A DNA stretch of 64,000 nt, from contig CATNEN010000025.1 in assembly GCA_950097015.1 (NCBI GenBank), positions 1,674,001-1,738,000 of the forward strand, in the 5' to 3' direction. Under the pieces are notes generated by a model. It was not told the DNA's origin. It ran no database searches and worked only from the letters and a program-made list of their open reading frames with translations. Position 1 is the stretch's first letter. Each line of letters begins with the position of its first letter. Source of the stretch: Macrostomum hystrix. Its lineage: Eukaryota > Animalia > Platyhelminthes. The translations under genes and the position numbers were made by a program. Positions 58,351 through 64,000 of the stretch are shown here, piece by piece.

Positions 58351-60017
58351 GTTTGATAGTTTGGATAGAGAGAAAAGTTTACTTCAAAGAGAGATATATA
58401 TTATTATCACATTTTTAAGAAGATTGAGATCGACATTCGAATGAGAATAGATAGGGAGACGTTGCTGAACGGCACAGAATTGATTGTCAGCTCGTATATC
58501 TAGGGCCAACATTGACTAGAGCCGCATATAATTTAAGTAAACGTTTTGTGGGATATGCCTGCAACGGTGAAAATTAGTTTACCCTTGCTTGCTAAATTTT
58601 CCCACGGAATACTTTCGCATGAGCAGCATTAAGGACAGTTTTCCCTACATGTCTCAACTTTTGTGCGAGTTTGTAGAAAGAAAAAGAGAGCAAGATTTAA
58701 TCGTCTCTAGACTTTCTTATATCCTGTATGCAAATTTGTACTCTTAATTGTACCGCCCACTGTATCTTCACTGCGTAAATGTGTGGGGGAAGAGAAAGCA
58801 AAAAAATTATCTTCCTAGCTAATCATGTTATTGCGCGCGTGTAAATATTTTTTTGTGGATTTCCTAAGACATGCAAAAGCCGTGCTTTATAGTGTACAAA
58901 TATTACGGAAGCTTGCTTGATATCCTTCTTTTGTTGCGCATTATACCATGCTTTGAAAACAATAATGCATGGTCGAGCTAATGGAATATACAATTGCATA
59001 ATTTGAAGTAAATCAGTGCTAATATTAATTTTGTACAAGTTGCTACGAGTATTTATTTGTGTACGGATTTGTTTTTCCTATTATCTAATCACAATCCCTT
59101 ACCAGCTGTTAGTACTCCAACCCATTTTACAAGTGTCAATTGTATTGCAAAGTAATGTTGTAGCCGCATGTCACGGCTGTCAAACCAAAAATGGATTGCT
59201 CAAGGTAATTTAGCGCTCCAAATATTTTACTCTTTGAGCCCTCTCAGCTGACACCTGGCAGACCAAAAAGAAATTTCGTGTGTTTTATAATCAATTCATT
59301 TTTTGTACAAATATAGAAATATTTAATTTTAATCGTTTTACTTGCAGAAAAATCATTCAAACAATTTTTTCTGTTTATATAAAAATTTAAAAAAGTTTTA
59401 AATGTTTAGATCTGAGTTCACTAAAATAACAAAAAATAATCTATAAAGACAGAAGATTTGTTTTACAAGTTTACGTTCAAAAAATAGAAGATTGATTTGG
59501 GCATTCGTAAAGCCAATTCGTAAAGCCAAAGCGAGTTCGCGTGTATATTACTTCTGCTTTATTAAATTATTAAACATGGTTATATATATTGGTTGTAACC
59601 TAAAATATAACAATTCGATTTTTATATTCATAGTTTTTTTCAAAATTTAAATTGTTTAATAGAAATTATATATATGTTTATATATTAATTAAGACTACTA
59701 TCTTATTTTTATATCGGTGCAGGTCTTCAGGCCTACAGGGCAACAGCCCCTCAGCTATACACATAATATAATATAGTCTACTAGCTTTTTTTGCCCGTTG
59801 TTTTTGGGGCAGAAATTTAAAGCAAAGCAGTAAGCAATTCACGTCTCTGTATTAACTTTATAGTGAAGGTCACCATTTATTTATTTACTGCATTAATAAA
59901 AAGTGAAGAGTTAGTTTAAGGGCGTTTTAAGTAAAAAATAAGTGAAAAGTTTGTCCAAACAGCCCCCTCTTGATTACTTCTTTAGAAACATGTCTATTAG
60001 CCACTCCTCTATACAGT

Positions 60018-60291
60018 CAGTGGCAGATCCAGGAATTTTGTTTTGGGGCGGTCTGTCAGGGGAGCGCCATGAGAATCACAGAGGGGGTGCCAGCGGCCGA
60101 AAAAGGGCGCCAGGAGCTAAGAAAGGGCGCCAGCGGCTGAAAAACGGGAGCCAGCGGCTGAAAAAGGGGCACCAGCGGCCGAAAAGGGGCGCCAGTGCTG
60201 CGACTGGCGCCCCTGGTGGGGGCATCTTATTCCCATGATTAAAATTTTGGGGGGGGCGACTGCCCCCCGCCCCCCCCTAAATCTGCCTCTG
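60018..60291. mobile_element. hAT-type MITE (274 bp) nested in the Helitron
   Basis: Imperfect terminal inverted repeats CAGTGGCAGATCCAG and CTAAATCTGCCTCTG. Perfect 8-bp TSD TATACAGT at 60010-60017 and 60292-60299. No ORF of transposase size. Confidence 0.85.
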
Positions 60292-60437
60292 TATACAGTA
60301 TGCATGTACACGCGTATGCATAAGGAAAATAGCCATGGCATAACAATGTCAAAGAAACAAAATTAAACTGTTTCAGAGTTCAGAGTTAGACAGGTCAAGG
60401 TCAATTCGTGACTACTTTTCTATTAATTGCTTGCGAG

Positions 60438-61133
60438 TCACCTCAAGGCCTGGGGATACACCACATTCTTCGTTCTTCCCCTTGGTGCGAAAATGAATAG
60501 GCCAGCTAGAGTTCCAACACGGGAGCAGGCGACATAAAGCTGCCCATGCGAGAAGCAAGGAGTCTCCAGGTTGATGCCAGCCACCTTCAGCGACTGTCCC
60601 TGAGCCTTGTTAATAGTCATCGCAAAGCACACTCTCACAGGGAACTGCAGTCGCTTGAACTGAAATGGCAGGTCCGTGGGGATAATTGGAATCCGGGGAA
60701 TGAACACAGACTCTCCTCTGCCAGATCCAGTCATTATCGTGGCCTCAATCACGTGTGGGAAGAGCCGCCTGACTATCAGTCTGGTGCCGTTACACAGCCT
60801 TGGCGCCTTCAGGTTGCGGAGGAGCATAATTGGTGCCCCAACTTTCAGCTGCAAGTTGTGTGATGGAGTTCCAGGAGGATCTAGAGAGTTCAGAAACTCA
60901 ACAGGATACTCCACAGCAGTGTCATCAGTCAACGTTGTATCAATTGACTTGTAGGTGAAAACTGCACCTGGCAACTCCTGAAGCAGTTGGTAGTTAATTT
61001 CGTTGGTGGCATCATTTCTAGGACACAGAATTGCCCTCTCTGACAGCCAGTCAACGCCAGCCTCTCTTCTATCCCAGGCTGGCTGGAGAGAAATATTGAC
61101 CGGAAAGCCCTGCGCACTGGGACGCCACCGCAC
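60438..61133 (-). pseudogene. C-terminal fragment of the Helitron Rep/Pif1-family helicase
   Basis: RAILCPRN, EFLNSL..PG.P.H.L.LKVGAPIMLLRNL, LCNGTRL, FPVRVCFAMTINKAQGQSL and FSHGQLYVACSRV are Pif1/Helitron helicase motifs. The Rep domain and N-terminal helicase motifs are absent. Confidence 0.9.
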
Positions 61134-64000
61134 TCACCGCACTCAGTCTCAGTGCTGCTTGGGGGCCAGTAGACAGTCTAGGGGTCTGGGCTGTGTACAT
61201 TCACGGCTTGAAATACAATGTACAGTCTGGGGCTTCGGCGCCCGGGGAAGGGAGGGGGTGGCTGTAATAAAATTTGGCCCGCAGAGTGGTGGAGGGAAGT
61301 TGGGGTGGCTGTCCTCGGAAAACAAAAAGTGACTCACTTTGAGATGATGCAGCTTTGCTCTGGATTGAGTAGAGATGTTCAAAATTGACAGCATTGTTGG
61401 AAAACATGTAAAGTGTAAGTGGATCAAATTTGGAGAAAATCTGACAAATTGGGGCGACGATATGTCAAATTGAGTGATTTTTTGACGATTTTTGAGCAGG
61501 AAGGAAATGATTTTTCGGGAATTTGAGTAGCCTATTGCAGTCAGCATAGGTGGTTTTAGGTATGTGCAAAGTTTGGTGCAATTTGGTTGAGCGGTTTCGG
61601 CGTCTATAAAGACAAAAGGTTGCACACACACACACAGACAGAGTTTTCACTTTTATATATATAGATAAATAGGCCTATTAGGCTCCTACTCTATATATGA
61701 TATAAAAATATTCTAGCTTTGTTGAAAGTGTTCCCAATGTGGCATATTTCATTCAGTATCAGCTGTGGTCTGTCACCTTGTTTGCAATGACCATTATAGC
61801 CTATTCCAATATAGGCCTATTCCAATTAAGTTATGTTTTTAATAAAATGGTTATTTTCATATTGAGTATTTAGGTTGTTTGAGGCTAATTCATATATCCT
61901 AGGTTGATTCATATTGAGGTAGTTTTTTTTATAAAAAAAGCTACATTATTTTACAAATTTCATGAGCTTCATACATGTCACATGTGCAACCTCCCAAATC
62001 TTAGCCGGCTGTGCAACTTAGTTTTTGCTCTCATTTGTGACTTAGTTCGTTTCATTGCTCTATATACGACTTAGTTTGCTCTCATTTGCTTTCTTTTTCT
62101 CTCCCCTTTTTCCTTTTCTTCACGCCTTCCTTTTTTGTCCCTTGGTCCCCCCTTTGATTTTTTTGCCCTTGGTCAATTGGTTTTTGCAACTTACCTTGCT
62201 TGGCCCTTGTTTCACCAGGCCAGTTCGGCCAGGTCGGCCGGGTGTTGCGCATGTATGATGAGCTTTATTTAAAAGCAAGACTTATTCACTTTGTCTTTAT
62301 TGAATACTTATAAGTTCACTCATAGTTTATTGCTTGTAAACTAAAAGTGGATAGCTATAAAAGTGGATATGCCAAAAGTGGATATCTTTGCTATGCTAAG
62401 TCTATATACATTTGAAGGTTGAAGGTCTATATAGGTTGAAACTAGTTTGTACGCCAACTTGATTTACTTATACAAATGCATGCCAATAACCATTGAAGAC
62501 ACTAAACTAGTTTGGTTTACAGGCCACTTTCCAAATTATAGATAGTGAAAACTTTAGCATGAAGCACACTCTATTAACAGCTTTATTGTATTAATGACAT
62601 CTCAAATTGTGTTTGATTTATCAGAAAAGGTTAAATATTTCAAGTTGTCATTTTCTTAAGAAAGTTGTTATAAATAATTATCTTATCAGTGTTTTGTCTA
62701 GTTGTTCACTTCAGTGCCTAAATATATGTTAGTTTTATTTCCATTATGTTGTGAAATATTAGAAAAATATCTGAAAAATACACCTTGCTCAACTGTTATA
62801 ATTTTTAATTGTTTTAATAAAAAAATGTTTTTTTTATTTTTGTTAGTAGCTCTTTGCTTTTCCATAGACATTATACGGATACCATAGTCCAGAAGGTAGA
62901 CTGTATGCTGAACTAGTTAGGCATACATTTGGGTCTTCAATGGCTGTTAGCATACACTTGTCATACATTCAAACATGTAAATCAAGTTTGGCATACAAAT
63001 GAGTTTAACCTGTCATGTATAGACATATAATATAGCAATCTACTTGGAATATGCTAACACCAAGTTGCAAGTTACCTTATATGTGACAATTCAATAAAAT
63101 AAATAAATCTTGTAAAATCATTTTTGCTTTTAAACTGGCTCTGTAAAGATCTCTTTTACTTTAACTTTTCTTTTGTTTTGAATTGGTGTACAGGCATACA
63201 CTTAGCAGAAATTTTGGGAGTTGCATACAAAAAAGGTAATTTTATTTTGGTATACACAATGCCATGATATGGTCTATGGTACAGAGACAACATTACTTAG
63301 ACATATTTTTAATCTATTTTAGTCTGATGTGCAACAAATTAGCAGTAAAGACTGTTAAATAAAAACAAATGTTGTATTTTGAACTTCTAAGAATATTTAT
63401 TTATAAAATATGTTTGTAAGAAACCTAATAGCAAAAGTAGTTTGCACATTAATTTTAATTTTTGGTGAGTGAATGTTTTTCGATAGTAATGTGTTGGTCC
63501 AAATATGGAAAAGAAAAGAAATTCAAACATTTTTGCTACTGAAACTAATTCCTAAAATAAATACTAGGATTATTGCCTCATTTGTTGAATAGTCAGTTAT
63601 CCTCTAACTTCTTCAACCTTTGTCCTAAAGAAATTGAAAATAAACAGCCCATGAAAATACAAGATCTGATAGTTATCTGGCCTGGACATCTTTCCAGGCC
63701 AGAACATGGCACCCCTGGGGAAACATTAGAAATTACTTCTTTAAACAATCCTAAGAATCTCTTTTAAAAGAGATTTCTCTACTTGGGCTGTCTAACAGAA
63801 GCTGGTCTAAAATCCCCAAGATTTCCTATGGTTGTTAGTATATAAAGTAATTTGTATTTTACAAGGAAATTCTCAGCCATCTTAATTTATTAGATATCAG
63901 TGTCTTTTCTTTTAAAGAAGTATAAAAACTAGGTTTAAGCTATTGACAATGGGTTAAAAAAGACGAAACTGTTTTATGATGTGGAGTGTGCTGCGGGAAT

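Larger units (their letters stand above)
59781..61665 (-). mobile_element. Complete non-autonomous (internally deleted) Helitron, 1885 bp
   Basis: The minus-strand 5' end is A|TCTATATATATAAAAG (TC at 61665-61664). The 3' end has a hairpin TGCCC-CAAAAACAAC-GGGCA (59811-59792) followed by CTAG|T at 59781. The element is inserted between A and T with no TSD and carries a Pif1 helicase fragment. Confidence 0.88.

Overview
Eukaryotic (animal) genomic DNA. GC-rich coding exons lie in AT-rich DNA in which about 30 different minisatellite arrays fill roughly 24-25 kb, close to 40% of the window. This architecture suggests a free-living flatworm such as Macrostomum (inference, not tested). Four protein-coding genes could be built by hand with GT-AG introns in consistent phase: (1) a secreted trypsin-like S1A protease (+, 8160-10512, 3 exons) with an intact triad but Phe at position 193; (2) an ankyrin-repeat DHHC palmitoyltransferase (-, 15334-17994, 5 exons); (3) an intronless iGluR/IR-like receptor with no amino-terminal domain and a divergent gate (-, 21124-22563); (4) an L1/neuroglian-family adhesion molecule with 6 Ig and 5 FN3 domains (-, 23403-30241, 4 coding exons). 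Mobile DNA includes a 256-bp solo LTR carrying three heat-shock elements and a TATA box, a complete non-autonomous Helitron with a nested hAT-type MITE, and two tRNA-derived SINE families, one of CORE type. From about 30.3 kb to the end no convincing host gene is seen. Most long ORFs in the supplied track are by-products of the tandem repeats. The most interesting signals are the heat-shock solo LTR facing the receptor 3' end, an intronic array of about 75 tandem 3' splice sites in the L1 gene, a minisatellite born from a SINE, and the deviant receptor and protease active sites.
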